The translations under genes were made by a program, and so were the position numbers. Under the pieces are notes generated by a model. The model saw only the letters and a program-made list of their open reading frames with translations. It was not told where the DNA came from and made no database searches. Shown in pieces: positions 35,001 to 50,000 of a stretch of DNA of 64,000 nucleotides. The stretch's first letter is position 1, and the number at the start of each line of letters is the position of its first letter. Origin of the DNA: Podarcis cretensis (taxonomy: Eukaryota); assembly GCA_951804945.1 (NCBI GenBank), contig OX638156.1, positions 40,610,001 to 40,674,000 of the forward strand, read 5' to 3'.

Positions 35001-38000
35001 CCCCTAAAACAGGAGGACTGTTGAAATATGTCTTAAAATTTGCTACGAACCTCAGAAGGGGTGCTATGAACCTCAGAAGGCATTTCAAATATTTGCAAAA
35101 ATAAATAAATAAATTAAGCAAACCTGAATCACTTCATACTCCCTATACTGGCTCAACAATTGCATGGGGTCAGTTGTCCTGGGTTGTTTCTCCCCCATTC
35201 TGTTTCAAGTTTCATTTAACTAACAGGGGTCCAATGTTCCCCTATTGGAAAGGGAAACTGTCCCTCCTCTCCCCAGGAACTTCTCAAAGCAGAGTAGGGG
35301 GAAATCACAAAAGTTTTGCCTGTATCATGTTACAGCATTTCAAGAACACGGAAGAGATTTTTCTGTGAACTTTTTAAAAATCTCCATTCTTTGTGCACGA
35401 AAAACAACCCTAATTACAAAGCTCCAAAGGCATCTGCTTGACCACATGAGTACAATTTCACTCTAGGCAGGGGTTTAACTCTGCTCCACACTGCATTTAC
35501 ATAGACACAGAAGTTAATTTCAAAAGCCGTTTCAGGTTCCAACAGGCAGACAGTCATGTTATTAATTCCATAGGGATACTCTGGCTTAAAAAAAAAAATC
35601 ACTCTTAACATGTTTTTTATCAGTAGATTTATATATTCTTAAAAAGGAAGTTGCCAGTTCCAGAAATAAGCAGGTAATGAAGTTAATAAATAACCAGAAA
35701 ACTAGAAAGAGCCTTCAGTTTCTCACCTGAGGAAGCACCCCCTTCCCTACACCAAAGTTACCTTTTGAGAAGCCCCATTAAGAAGGCCTCTATCCCACAA
35801 CGCCTTGTTTCCAGTTGGGTCCTCGTCTACCTCATCATTTGTGTTGGGCGGCAGCCGCACCTACAGGAGGAGGCATCAGAAGAGTCAAACTCACGCATGG
35901 CCTCAATGGCAAATGGGAATAACTAGAAGGTGTTGTAAGCATGAATTCAGAAAAGCCCAAACAAGCCAACACTCTGCATGTCACATAAAACCACAGTGAG
36001 TGCCCCAACCTGGGTTCACAGCATGTTTCTCCCCCAACAAACCATGAGAGTTAGCCAAGGTTTGTTCTTGACTCATTGCTTGTGCTTGTTGGAAGCAAAC
36101 AAACCAACAGGATGAGGTCTGGAAGTCACAACAAGCCGTCGCAGCAGCAGTAGTAGGAGAGGAGCAAAGCAAGAACTTTTCAGCAGCATGCACCAACACA
36201 ACCACATAAATCCACAGTCTGTTTTTAGCTGTGGGCTGACTGTGATGTGTGATCCAAGCCACAAAAGGAGAGCAACCAAGCATATGTCTCCATTAACAGA
36301 ACAGTCACAAGGTGTGCACTTTGGCAGAAGAGTGTCCAGAGGAAGTTGCCACCGCCCATGACAGCAGCGTGTGAGTGTAGGAGAAAGGTCTCAGGCCACC
36401 AGCTAAATGGTGCTTAGCAAAAGGCTGGGGTTTCACTGGCATCTCCCACATCAGGGAATCAAAACGACAGCAGGACAGTTCTCAAATGAGCCCCAGGAGT
36501 TTCCTGGCTGCCTTCAGGCTGACTCACCACACAGATGTTGCCAAACTTGTCAGCCCCAGCCACTGTGTCATAGTCGAGGAGGCAGGCAGTGGTGACCCAG
36601 CGGGGGTGGGTGTCATCTGCAAAAATGATCAGCTGGTTCTCATTCCTCTTGTAGCGCACCCAGATGAAGCTCTCCTGGACATCTGAGACGATCACTCGGT
36701 GCCCAATGGTCTGGATCCCACAGATGTAGTTGGCAATGTGCTGGGAAGTGACAGCAATTCAGAAAAGCAGTTCAAAAAGCAGAAAAGGGAGGCTGTTCAA
36801 GGCAAGCCCTAAAATCCCTTCCTGAGCCTTCATGAAATCTGAACATCACAGGCATCTCTCTGCAAGGCTATGATCATTTATAGTGCAACAGCTGTAGCCT
36901 TCTAAGAGAGAAAAGGGGAGTTGGGACATTGCTTATCTGTGATCACTTTCTATATCTGAATGTGCACCGAGAACCAGTGCTAACATCATTCTAGGTAGCT
37001 CTCCTGATTCTAGAATACTCAGAAGGCCAAACAAACAAGGGAAAAGCAAATATGTGAAATATGAAAATCTTCCTATTTCTACTTTCTATAACCCAGCACC
37101 CGCCAGATGTTTGGGACTACAAATCCCATCATCCTTGACCATTGGCTACGCTGAAAGCTGATGCGAGTTGTAGTCCAAAACATTTGGAGGGCTCCAGGCT
37201 GCTCTGTGCACTTTTGTGCAGACTGTTCACTACACCATTATAAAGTTGGTGTCAGGAATGACAAAAAAAAATCCAAAACTTTCAACTATCACCTTATGTG
37301 AATCATAGGCCATGGCTTCAGAAACACAAGACCACACCTTTGAGCCTCAGATTCTCAATTCTATTCAAAAGGGAAAGAAAATGATTATCTATCCAGTGAA
37401 ATGTAATAAGTTACAGAGAGGGTGGAAACAGCCCTGAAGACTTGCCCCTTAAGCAATTTAGGAATTGCTTAATTCCTAATTTTTTTAAGGAAGCCAAAGT
37501 TCTGGGCAAGAGAACGTTTCCCTGGAGCTTGAAAAAAGCTCAAAGGTTTCAACCAAATTTGTTAAAAGCGATAGGGAATGTCTGCCTTAGGAAATGCAGC
37601 ATCCAGGAGATCTGCGCACACAAAGACACACAACACATTCTAAATACCTTATTCTCACACTTCCGGAGCAGCTTCTTCTTGCCCAAGTCATATACCCGCA
37701 AGAGTTTCCCCACGCCAATGAGCACTCTGCCTTGGAAGGGGGCAATAGCAGCTGGTACCTCCTCTACTGGGGTCTGAACAGAAATGAAATGAAAGAGAAG
37801 TAGCCTTTGTCAAGCAGACAAAACAAAGATCATTAATAGTACCCTCACTGCATAGATGAAGCCCTGCCACTGCAAGGATGGGCAAGTTTCAGCCCTGACA
37901 AAGGATGCAGATCCACCACCACTGAGTTTTGGGGCCCACTTGAATCAAGTACCCATTGCATCCACTGGGGAAGAGATGGACATTGCAAGCCCACAAAGAC

Positions 38001-41000
38001 AAACTGCCTCTAGGAAGGGGCCTCCTAGTCCAGTTCCTGCCCAACAAAAGAACCTGCCTCCTCACAGGTCCAGGCTGCTAGGTATCAACAAGGAGGAAGA
38101 ATTCAACTTTTGCAGTGCTCTGTACATTGTTGGCTTTCTCCACGTCAACAGAAGCCAAAGTATTCAGCAACCACCATCAGATGCTGCAAAAGCTCAAGTC
38201 AGATCACCTATAAATGACCCATTCACAGGTCTATGCTTGTTTTGCTTCAAATGTCCATTAGATAACTGCAACTGTCACACCATTACTATAATTGCTCAAA
38301 TTTCCCTGGCAGCAAGCAATGTGCATACATTTTGCATGGCAAACACTGGCAAAATCCAATGTGATTTTTGATATGGCTGCTGTTTTGTGGACAGAAGGAA
38401 AACCATTTGTGGAGTACTTACTAACAGTGATGGTCCTCTGTTCCCAACCAAGAGATTTCCGTCCCAAAGAGTTGGGTCTCATCAGTACATTTTAGCAACC
38501 TCTTGGCAAGCCCCATCCATGTTCATCTTCCCAGATTCCTCCCCCTCCAACCCACTAGTGGAGGAAATTCTCACCTTGTGCAAGAACTCAAGCTTCTCCC
38601 CACTGTTTATCAACTTATAGGTGTAGACAAAGCCTCCAGCCACAGAGCGTGGGTTCAGGATGAGGTCCTTGGCTACGCCCACTAGAACATGCCAGTCGTC
38701 ACCACCATTGGCAAATCTGCACACTGCCACACTGTAGAGAGCCAGAACGATAATGTTACTTGACAAGACAAGGGAAGACTGGGAAGGCAAAAGAAGCAGT
38801 TGCTTCACAGCAACGAAGAGCAAGAGAGAACACTTTGGGGGAAGGCAGCAGCGAAGAGTATGTTGTACCATTTGCTTGTGACTAAGGAAGCATAGAAATG
38901 CAATACACAAACTGAATGAGACTTAATTAGGGCTGTTGTCAGCTGAGATCATGGTAAATGACTGCCATGTATCAGCCCCAAGACCCCAAACAACTTCAGG
39001 TAGACCACATTTTTGCTTTATTTAATTAGATTCTAGACTCATCTAGCTACAATAGCACAAGTAAATATTTGGTTTGACTGGTGTACTTCAAGTATGACCA
39101 AAGTAAGTATACAAAAGTATAAAGAGTATTTCCATTGTTTAGCAGAAAGGGCAGCATTCAAAAGGGTAACTTGCTTCAGAGGTGCAGAAACTGTTCCTTA
39201 CCTGAAGGCAGCTTCATTTTGCTCCAGCTGGACTAGATCTAAAGTGTTTCCTTGGATGGGGTTCATCACCCGGACAACAGACGCCCATTGTCCATTTCCT
39301 GCCTTTGGGGCACCAAAGATGGACTCGGGAAGGTTCTCGTTCAGAAACGCTGCGGCCATCTCTGCAGCTAGTTCCCTCTCATCTTCCCCTGCGGCTTCCA
39401 CCATTTCCTGCAACGCACAAAGGGGCAAAAAAAGGACTGTAAGAGCTGCCTGCTGGTTCAGGCCAAAGACCTATCTCTAGTGCAGCATCCTGTTCTCACA
39501 GTGGCCAAAGCAGATGCCTCTTGGAAGCCCAAGCAGGACCTAATTCATTCCCAAGAACTGGCATTTAGAGGCATGCTGCTTTTGGCAATGGAGACAGAAT
39601 ATAGTCATCATGGTTAGTAGGCAACTGATAATATACTTCTCCGTGAAGTTGTTTAATGCTCTTTTAAAGCCATCCAAGTTGGTGGCCATCACTGCTTCTT
39701 GTGATTATGATGATTAGGCAGTCCTAACTGAGGTGCAGAAAGTACGTGAGCTTTTCCATGGGTTACAAAAGCAGACATGCCTCCTCTCTAGAAAGAAAAG
39801 TGGTCACTGCTCTGCACTGTGTTGCGACAACTTCCCCACCAAGTGCAGCAGCAACAAAAGAAGCTCCAGCTCACAGAATCCTGTCCCTGCCCTTTTTTGG
39901 TGAGAGCTGGGCCTGAGGCAGAAGCCAGGCATGTTACCTCCGCCATCTGCTGCTTCCTTTGGGCTTTAGTGGCCTCAGTATAAGCATTGTGGTCCGTCTC
40001 AATGATGATTAGGTTGTTGCTCTCAGGGTGGATGACGAACTTCCTAGGAGTGTACTGCAACGGGAAGGCAACCTGGTTGAAGACAGCTCCAAGCTTCTCC
40101 AGGGCCAAAATCCTGTAGGAGCCAAAAAAGTTGCAGACATTAAGCTTATTCCAGTGAGCCACCTTAAAGGAACTAAAAGGACATCCAGGCCAAACAATGG
40201 AGCCTCCCTTGTGGGCAAGCATCTGTGGCATGAACCACCTTCCATCAAGCAGAAGTGGGACCTTTTCAACCTGAAAACTAACAACTTGCCTGGTAGCCAT
40301 CAGTGATGGGGAGCTCCATGAGTGTGTGAGTGAAAGGCAGAGGAGGAAACGGTCCTTGCGTCCCTCCTCCTTCAGTCTGCTTAGTGGAAGGAAGAGCGCT
40401 ATACCTGCACTTGCATGATGGCTAAAGACCAGTTACTTTTGCAGGCTTATTTACAATGACCACCCCTGACAGCCAATTCACAGTACTTTGTATTCTATGG
40501 AGCTTCATGCAGGAAAGCCTATGGGTGTCAGCATGCCAGGCAACCTCCTTTAATATTCAATATCAGGAGAGACAGCTGCCTCCTGCCCCTGAAGAGAGAT
40601 CAAGTAGACCTTCAACAAAACCAACAAGGCTGCTTTTTCAGAACCACCCGATGCTTTGTGAAAAAGTAGAGCAGCCTCTGGTGTACACTCCACAGACTGA
40701 CTACCACCAAGGAATAATCTCCTCCCAACAACCAGTCATGCTTCGGGTGGGATGCAGTGGGTGGGTGGCTGCCATGTACAGCTCTCCTTCCCATCTTGAG
40801 CAACTAGGAAGGAGGCCAGATCAAGCTACTCAATGCAGAGTGGGTAAGCTACCTTACCCATGCAAGGTCATGTAGAAAGGAGGCATTCAGGGCAACCTTT
40901 TTGGGCACCAGATGCCCCTGCTTTGCTCAGGAAGGAGCTTGGGACAGACAAGCAAGACAGACAGACAGTCCTGTGTGCCAAGAGAGAAGGCAAACAGGCT

Positions 41001-44000
41001 CCATTATTTGTTTCCTTTCCCACCGCTGGCATTTTGATACGAACCTCAGTGTGTTTGTTGAGATGGCTACTATGCCCTCTGGACACTGCTCTGAAGCAAA
41101 GCCAGAGGCAAACTCCAACGTTTCATATGAGAGGGGTGTTAAGTGGAAGCGGGACTGATAGGAGTAACTCAGCCAAGAACGGCTTGACATGGCCAGCACC
41201 TGGAGCAGGAGGAAAAGAAGAGAGAGAAAACTCAGGGAGAGAACAGCAAATGGGACAGAGCAGCTCACACCTCTGGGAACCAAGCTGGCTGCCTTCTTCT
41301 CCTAGCAGTCTATAATCAAAGGCTCTGTTGGCAGGGCAGAACTAATTACAGGCTCCAGGAGTCCCCAAGCCAGCAGCATAAGAGAAGTTGTGAGGGGGCC
41401 AAATTGAGATTCCTGCATTGCATGGTGTTGGACTAGATGACCCACAGGGTCCCTTCCAGCTCCACAACAATATGATCCTGAAGGCCACAAGCCTGGCTAC
41501 TTTATCACCAACTTTCAAAAACACCTTGCACTCTGTAAATCAGGTGCAATGACTACAGCAGCAAGAGCCAGGCAAACAAACTATATTGAGTACTTCCTCC
41601 TCCTTTAATGCCCCCCTCCCTTTCCCACAAGCAGCTAAAATGAGCAGGATCCAGAAGCAGGCCAAGGTATTTCCTTTCCCCTGGCCTGATCAACACTCTT
41701 GTTTTCTCCCTCACTCACACCCCCATCCAATAGCATGTATTTTCCCTCTGTACTAGACGGTAAACAAGGAATTTAGATGTGAACTCATCCCGCCCCAAAT
41801 TTCTAAAAGATCTTAGTCACCAGATTCACAGTCCTCCTGAAGTTTTTGCTCCTCCCCCTCCAGCTTTTCATGAGTGCACTCCTCTGATTCCCCGCTCACT
41901 CACCGCTTCTTGGCCTTGCATCCGGACTCGGAAGAGCTTCACAGGGCGCGAGCCCAGATACCTGGTCCTTGTGTCAGAGAGGTCACCAGTAACTGGATCA
42001 AGGACAGTTCGGAGAAGCACACCGTTCTGGGTTACAAGGGAAGATGAGCAAAGCAAGGTGTGGGGAGAGGGACAAGGGCAGGCATAGAGAAAAAGAGCAC
42101 CAGATGAACTCAGAATACCAATGTATCTTCAGCTCCTGACTCTGGAAGTCTTACTATTTCCAGGTTCTCTCTGGCATGTACAAAATTAAGCACAACACTG
42201 CTACAAAGCTGCTGTTTCCTCCTTTAACAAACTAAGAAAAGGTTTTTTTGTGAAGCAGCTTAAAGTGTAGGCTACTGCCACTTCCCACCTAAATACAAAG
42301 ACCCCTGACCTGCTGGAAGATGAGCTCTAACACTTCCACCCTCCTCCCTGGCAGACAAAAGGTATCCTTCACAATGGGATTAGAGTCTGCCTTAATAAAG
42401 CGGGAGAGGGCTCCATTGCTCGGGAGCTCTGGAAGAGTGAAGAAGGTGGCAGGAGGGACGCAGTGTTCCATTCTGGCAGGCCTTCTGGGAGGGTATGTGG
42501 AACGGGTCTCTATAGGGTTGTACAAACTCAAGAGTATGGCTTCCCACACAGTCCAGTCAAATGCAGCAAGACCTGGTCCAATCCCATATATCGAGGATCC
42601 AGCAAAGGTTCTGGGCAGTAATTGCTCACCTGCAAGCCAATGTTCAGGTACAAGAAGCCAATCGAGCCCCGCTCTCCCAGCTCATCCTGCTTCTCAGCTC
42701 CACCCATTTCCACAATACACAGTGATTCTGGCTGGGCAGGGAGAGCTTGCATACTCAGCGGCTGAAGACAGTCCTAAGGGATGGAGAAGGAAGACACCAT
42801 TACTAAAGCAGAGAGAAAGAACAAAGCATAACACATAAGGTCTTTGTTGCTACCCTGAACCACTTCAGACATCAGCTGAGGAACTGTAAATGGCTGGATT
42901 CTCCTTTGTACAAAAATGCCTGGCACATTTGAAGGAGAAGACTAGGCTGACCTGCCAGTTTTCTATGTAGGAGGGCATTCAACCACATCCCCCAGCAGTC
43001 TGAAGAGACAGATTGAAGAAGCACATGGCAATGTTGATTATGCCAACCAGCTCAAAGTGTTTCTCCATTTGGAGCAATCTGTGGGAAGATTCATTTCATC
43101 TGAGGAAGTCTTTGAAGAATCATTTTTAGCTCTGGCCTTCTTTCAGGCAACCCACTATCTTCCAAAAGTTTGGAATACAACTCCCATAATCCTCAGCCAA
43201 ACTGGCTAGGGCTGGGGTGAGTTGTAGTTCAAACCATCTGAAAGTCACCAGGTTGGAGAAAGCTCATGTACAACATACACCTTGATTATTGTGAATTGAC
43301 CTATTATACGCATGACCAGAGGCTTGGATGCGCCTTGCTGGCATCAAGCCCTTTGGAATGCCTGAACCTTCAAATTAAGAGGCAGGGTATCAAAAAAAGA
43401 AGGGGAGGGGAGAGAAAGCAACTGCAGTTTGGGTTGGGAAAAGAGCATGCTAGAGTTCAGCTGGAGTCAGCTAAAATTGGAAGACATATTGGGGTACTGG
43501 AGGAGTAAGCCATGCCTTTGGGGTTTCTGACGAAGCACCAGCAGTTGTATTGCCCACTTTATGAGTCTGCTTGCTTCCAATATGCTCTCCTTTCTTATTA
43601 GATAACAAACCAAAGTCAGTCTAGTGCATTCTCACATCCAAAGAAAGGAAAGCCCTGCTAACCACCCCTGGAACTTCCTCTCACTCAGTTTTTTTTTTGG
43701 GGGGGGGGTAGTTTTGGTTACAATACTTTAATTCGACTCTCAGGAAGCACTTACAGAGGGGTCGAGGGAAATGATGCGCACAGTGTTGTCCACCAGCCCA
43801 ACAGCAAGGAACCGGGAGCGCTGCTCTCCTGGGGGAACGTTGGCCAAGCTCATGCACACCACGTCAGCAGACATCTCCTTCCTCTCTGTGTATTCATTCA
43901 GCTGCCCTGACTGGTGTGGAAAAAAGGCACAATGGAGGAAGGAAGTCACACCTGGATTAGCAGAACCAGACTCATTTCAGATCAAGAGCTGTGCAATAAA

Positions 44001-47000
44001 TTCTTTAAACCATGTATGATGACAGGTGACCTTGCTTGTTTGACCTTTTGAGGTAGGAAGCCTGGAGCACTTTGAAGAACACCAAGTTTATCAGAGATAA
44101 GCTGGTCTTAAAAAATATGCCAGTCTCTGCAATGGCCCACCAAAGCAACCCTCAAACACCCACCCCATCCAAATAGCACAAATTACCTGAATGTTATTCT
44201 GCACAAGAACCCCTGAAATGAAGGAATGCAACATAAGGAGCCCAATAATGCTGTGATGCAGTTCTCATTTGTTTCCACTGCAAGCCTAGTCTGCAAACCC
44301 TCATGAAAGTCACATCTCCCTCCAGCTAAGCTCACGTACCGGGTCCATCTCAAAGTAGACCAGCTCTCCCCCTGTCAGTGCGATCACCACTTGTCTCTGA
44401 TTCACAGCACATTTGACGATGGTTTTCTTCCCTGGTGTTTTCCACTCATTAACTCTTTTATCTGCTCTGATGTGCCGGATGCCATCAGGATAAACCTAAA
44501 CAAATACAGAAATAAGATGCTGAGTCAGTCCATCTGACAGGAAGTGCCTTTGCTGTTCTTTCCATTATTAGGCTAGCCTTGCAAGTCAGTTCACAGAAGT
44601 TATCAGCCTAGCCTTTTTTTAAAAAAAAAAATTCCTAAACTGCTTGCTCACATACAGTTTTTTTACTGTCATTTGGATACACCACAGGTCAACAAGGGAA
44701 GCAGAAGAACCAGCATCTCTTATCTGGTTTACAAAAGTTTACTCAGAATGCTCATCTCTAGCCCATTTGCCACAAGCACATGGCAAGATTTCCATGCCTA
44801 CCTATACAGCTTTTTAGTTTACAAAATGATCTATAATCTTTATCTCATTCACACAACTAATTTCTGCCATTCACCATCAAGTGCTCTCATTATATCTAGC
44901 TGAGAGAGGGCAAGGTCAACAAACAGCAACTTGAAAAGTGCTACCAAGGTAAATGATCAAAGCCTTTGACAATATTTCTTGGAGTTTTATGAAGAAGAAT
45001 TTACAGGGGATGGGGGTAGGTCAAGGTTTTGAAAATGGTATAGGTGCAATTTATTCAGAACAAAAGGCAAAATTAATTGTGAACAATGTAGTGACAGAAG
45101 AGTTCAAGATTGAGAAAGGGACACAACAAGGTTGCCCAATCTCTCCATTACTTTTTATATCGGTCCTGGAGGTTCTGCTAAATATGATTAGAAAGGACCA
45201 ATTGGTTAAAGGTATACAAGTGGGAGCTAAACAGTACAAACTGAAAGCTTTTGCTGACGATTTGGTATTGACTTTACAAGAGCCAGAATCTAGTACTAAA
45301 AGGGTATTGGAATTGATTCAAGAATTTCATCAGGTAGCAGGTTTAAGTTGAACAAGATGAAAACTAAGGTTTTAGAGAAAAATCTAACTGTGATTGAGAG
45401 AGATGAGTTTCAGAAAGAGACAGGATTAACATTGGTTAAGAAAGTGAAATACTTAGGGGTAAACATGACTGCCAAGAATGTGAATCTATTTAAGGATAAC
45501 TATAAAAAATGTTGGACTGAAGTGAAAAAGGATTTAGAAATATGGTCAAATTTGAAACTATCACTGTTAGGCCAAATTGCAGTGATAAAAATGAATGTAT
45601 TGCCAAGGATGCTGTTTTTGTTTCAAACATTGCAAATTCTAGACAAAATGGACTGTTTCAAGAGGTGGCAGAGAGATATTTCTAGATTTGTCTGGCAGGG
45701 CAAGAAGCCTCGAATAAAATTTAAGATATTAACTGATGCTAAAGAAAGAGGTGGATTTGCCCTGCCAGACCTTAAACTTTATTATGAATCAGCTGCATTT
45801 TGCTGGCTGAAAGAATGGCTGCTTCTTGAAAACACTGATGTGCTGGATCTGGAAGGTTTTAACAATGTATTTGGTTGGCATGCATATTTGTGGTACGACA
45901 AGGTCAAAGCACACAAAGCGTTTAAAAACCATATTGTTAGACAGAATCCGGGTGGAGGATTAGACCATATGAAGAAATAAAAAATAAGTTGACTGGTTGG
46001 ATTCAATATCATCAAATAAATTCAATGTGGACGGAAGACAAAAAGATTGGAATAAATGAGAAAAAATCTAGATTCCAGATTGAAATAATAGAAAGTAAAA
46101 CAAAATTATTATCAAAAATGTATAACCAGTTGCTTGAGTGGGACACCAAGGATGAGGAAGTAAAGGAGGTGATGGTGAGGTGGGCGGTAGATCTAGGGTA
46201 TAATATAGAGTTTGATAAATGGAAGGCTTTATGGTGTAAAGATATGAACTTTTCAGCATGCACGACACTTAAGGAAAATATGTACAAGATGATGTACAGA
46301 TGGTACATAACGCCGATAAAATTGCATAAAATTTATAGAACAGGCGACAAACTGTGTTGGAAATGTAAGAGTAAAGAGGGCGAATTTATTCACATGTGGT
46401 GGACATGCGAGATTCTCAAAAAATTCTGGGAATCTATCTATAATGAATTAAAAAAAATTCTCAAATATACGTTTGTTAAAAAACCTGAAACCTTCCTGCT
46501 GGGGATAATTGGCAAAGATATTAAAGAAGAAGATAGAACCCTTCTTCAATACGCAACAGCGGCCGCTAGAACCCTCATAGCACAGTACTGGAAAACAGCA
46601 AAAACCCCAACATTAAAGGAGTGGCAATTTAAATTAATGGATTACTTAGAATTGGCAAAACTGACACAGAAAATAAGAAATCAAAAAAGTACAAAATTTA
46701 GTAATGAATGGGATAAATTTAGAATATATATGGAAATAGAGACAAGGGGAAAATCAAAATGTTAATCAGAAATATAGATGTATTTAAAAAAAAAAAATCA
46801 CAGTAGGCATGAGATAACGCTTACTACGTTATAAATTTTATTTTGGAATAGATACAGCAGAAAGATAATTAAGATAACATTATCCGAAATCGAGATAAAG
46901 GGAAGTCGATCAATGTTGTTGTAAAATTAATGTTGTGTTGTTTAAGTTGTAAAATTAATGTTGTGTTGTTAAAGTTGTGTTGTTTATGTTGTACGTATTT

Positions 47001-50000
47001 TATGTTCTTTTTCTTTTCTTTTTTTTCTTTTCTTTTTAAGTTTATTTCATTTACTTTTGTCTGTTGTATGTCTGTGAAATATAGTTATGCAAAACTTAAT
47101 AAAAATATTAAAAATAATAATAATAATAATAAAAACCATATTGTTAGAAAAGCACTGTTTAATGTTTGGATGAGATACAAGGATCTGTTAGAAAGTAAAA
47201 CCCCAAGATGGTTGTCACCAATGGAAGCGAAGGCTCAGAAAAAACTCAATATGGAGGCCAAATGGCTGAAATATTGGGAAATTTTGGAACAAGATGGAGA
47301 CAGAATAAAATTGCAGAGTTTTGAAAAATTAAAAAATAGAGTGTGAGATTGGCTCCATTACTACCAAATAATGGAGGTATATAACACAGACAAAAAACTG
47401 GGCTTCCAGGTGGAAAAATCAAAATTGGAAACAGAATTGTTAGATCCCAAAACTAACAACTTGTCAAGAATGTATAACTTGCTGTTGAAATGGAACACTC
47501 AGGATGAAATGGTGAAATCTGCTATGATTAAATGGGCACAAGATGTTGGACATAACATTATGATGGCTGACTGGGAACAGTTATGGACCACAGGTATGAA
47601 ATTTACGGCATGTAATGCCCTAAGAGAGAATTTAATGAAAATGATTTACAGGTGGTACATGACACCAGTCAAGCTTGCAAAAATTTATCATTTGCCCAAA
47701 AACAAATGTTGGAAATGTAATGAGACTGAAGTTACATTCTTTCACCTTTGGTGGACATGCCCAAGGATTAAGACATTCTGGGAGATGATTTATAATGAAA
47801 TGAAAAAGGTATTTAAATATACCTTCCTGAAGAAACCAGAGGCCTTTCTCCTGGGCATGGTCGGCCAATTGGTGCCAAAGAAGGATAGAACATTTTTTAT
47901 GTATGCAACAACAGCAGCAAGAATACTCATTGCAAAGTATTGGAAGACTCAAGATTTACCCACCCGGGAAGAGTGGCAGTTGAAGTTGATGGACTACATG
48001 GAATTGGCGGAAATGACTGGCAGAATCCGAGACCAGGGAGAAGAGATGGTGGAAGAAGATTGGAAGAAATTTAAAGATTATCTACAGAAATATTGTAAAA
48101 TTAAGGAATGTTAGAAAGATGTTGGAATGAAGTTACATGGCTTTAGCAGAAATGTTATAAAGAATTAAGTACAATAGATTATAAATGGATTAAAGGAAAA
48201 AATAATGTTAGAATTTGTCAAGTTAAATGATAGGACAGAAAATTGAGGAAGATGGAAAGGATTTGCTGAAACAATTAATCGAAGTGGAATACAAAAAAAG
48301 GGAGGTGTCAGGAGGTCGCTGAAACAAGTAAAAGAAAGTTAATAACATTGAAAGTATTGGATGTGTTTTTTTTAAATTGTTTTTGTTTTATTTTTGTTAT
48401 GTATATGTAGTATTTTTGTTACAGATAGGTAGCCGTGTTGGTCTGCCATAGTCAAAACAAAATAAAAAAAAATTCTTCCAGTAGCACCTTAAAGACCAAC
48501 TAGGTTAGTACTTGGTATGAGCTTTCGTGTGCATGCACACTTCTTCAGAAGAATCTGAAGAAGTGTATCTGAAGAAGTGTGCATGCACACGAAAGCTCAT
48601 ACCAAGTACTAACCTAGTTGGTCTTTAAGGTGCTACTGGAAGAATTTTTTTTTAATTTTGTTTTTAGTATTTTTGTCTTTGTATTGTATGGTTTTGTTAT
48701 GTTTAATTCTTTTTCTTTTTTTCTGTAACTTTCAAAACTTTAATAAATATTATTTAAAAGAAAATAAAAATAAATGATCAAGATTCCACAAGCTCCTATC
48801 TACCTTTAAAAACAAAACAAAACAAAAATCACAGGGAATATTAGTCTATGCAACCAGTTAAATAATGCAGTAGAAGACTAAACGTTTTTTAGTAAGAGCG
48901 GAACACCAAGGGAATCTTACTTTGAAAGGCTCTGGAAACAGTCCTTTCCCAACCTTAAAGGTGACCTTATTCTCTAGCCAGTTTGCAGGTCACAACTATT
49001 AAATAAGCTACCACCACCCCATCCATGCCAGGAGAGCACCACAACCAAACCTTCTCCTTGCATCTCTTGAGAAGGCCAACGGGCCTGGCTGCAAAAGGCA
49101 AGCAGAACACTAAGAGGTAAAAGGCCCCTTACCTGCACCAAAGCATCATCTCCCAACAATGAGCAAGACAAGGTGGGCGTAGTACCAAGGAATCCCGAGT
49201 CTGTAACCTCCTCTACAGTTTCTCCGATAGACAGTACCAGGGTGGCATTGACGAAGGACACAATGATATAGGCATCAAATTCATCTAATTACAGAAGAAA
49301 GAAGACGGGTGCCAATATTTAGAAGGTCAAGAAAGAGGTTTGTAGAACAAATATGGACAACAGAAACTCTTCACAAAGGCTACTACAGTTATTTCCATCA
49401 TCACCATCACACACAAGTTCATGACAAAGAGGCAGCATGGCCTTCAGACACTTGGACTGTGGTAAAAGGAGAAGAATACTCAAGGCACAAGGAAGCTACA
49501 GCAAGAAGTGTGGACCTTCTTTGTGAGCCTCTCCCCCCCCCCCCCATTTATATAATAATCACATCTGGGTCAGAATACAACTGAAGTGAAAACAGTTTCT
49601 TGCTCTCCTCCTAACCACAAGAAAATGATCAGACAAGACGTTGCAGCCAACAGAACAGTTTATTCTCATTTGCTCTCTCTAAATAACACACACAAACACA
49701 GAGTATCTGTCAAACAAAAATTGTGATGTAGATCAAAATAAATCCCACAGGTTAATAAAAATACACCAACCCAGACAATGTAACTTAACTAAAACATATG
49801 AGATGCAGCTAATTTAGTTCTTTTTTAAAAAATGATGGAGTTGGCAGGAGGGATAACAAAACACTATTACAAAAACAATGAACTAATGAAGCAGATGGAA
49901 GCTCAGAGAACAAATGGTTAGCAACCTCTCACAGATTTTAGATCTTTCCATAGTTAATAGTAAGAATCCACACACCACCTTTCCACATTCCAGAAAGGAA

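Larger units (their letters stand above)
44961..48770 (+). mobile_element. 5'-truncated L1-clade LINE (outer element), antisense to SF3B3
   Basis: RT motifs [20 protein letters not shown] and FADD; C-terminal CWKC..H..WTC; A-rich tail; 11-bp TSD TAAATGATCAA (44950-44960 and 48771-48781); frameshift near 45345 and TGA at 47344. Confidence 0.93.

Noticed and set aside
35041-35081. 21-bp tandem duplication TGCTAYGAACCTCAGAAGG
   Set aside because: Two copies only and no spacers; an ordinary local duplication, not an array
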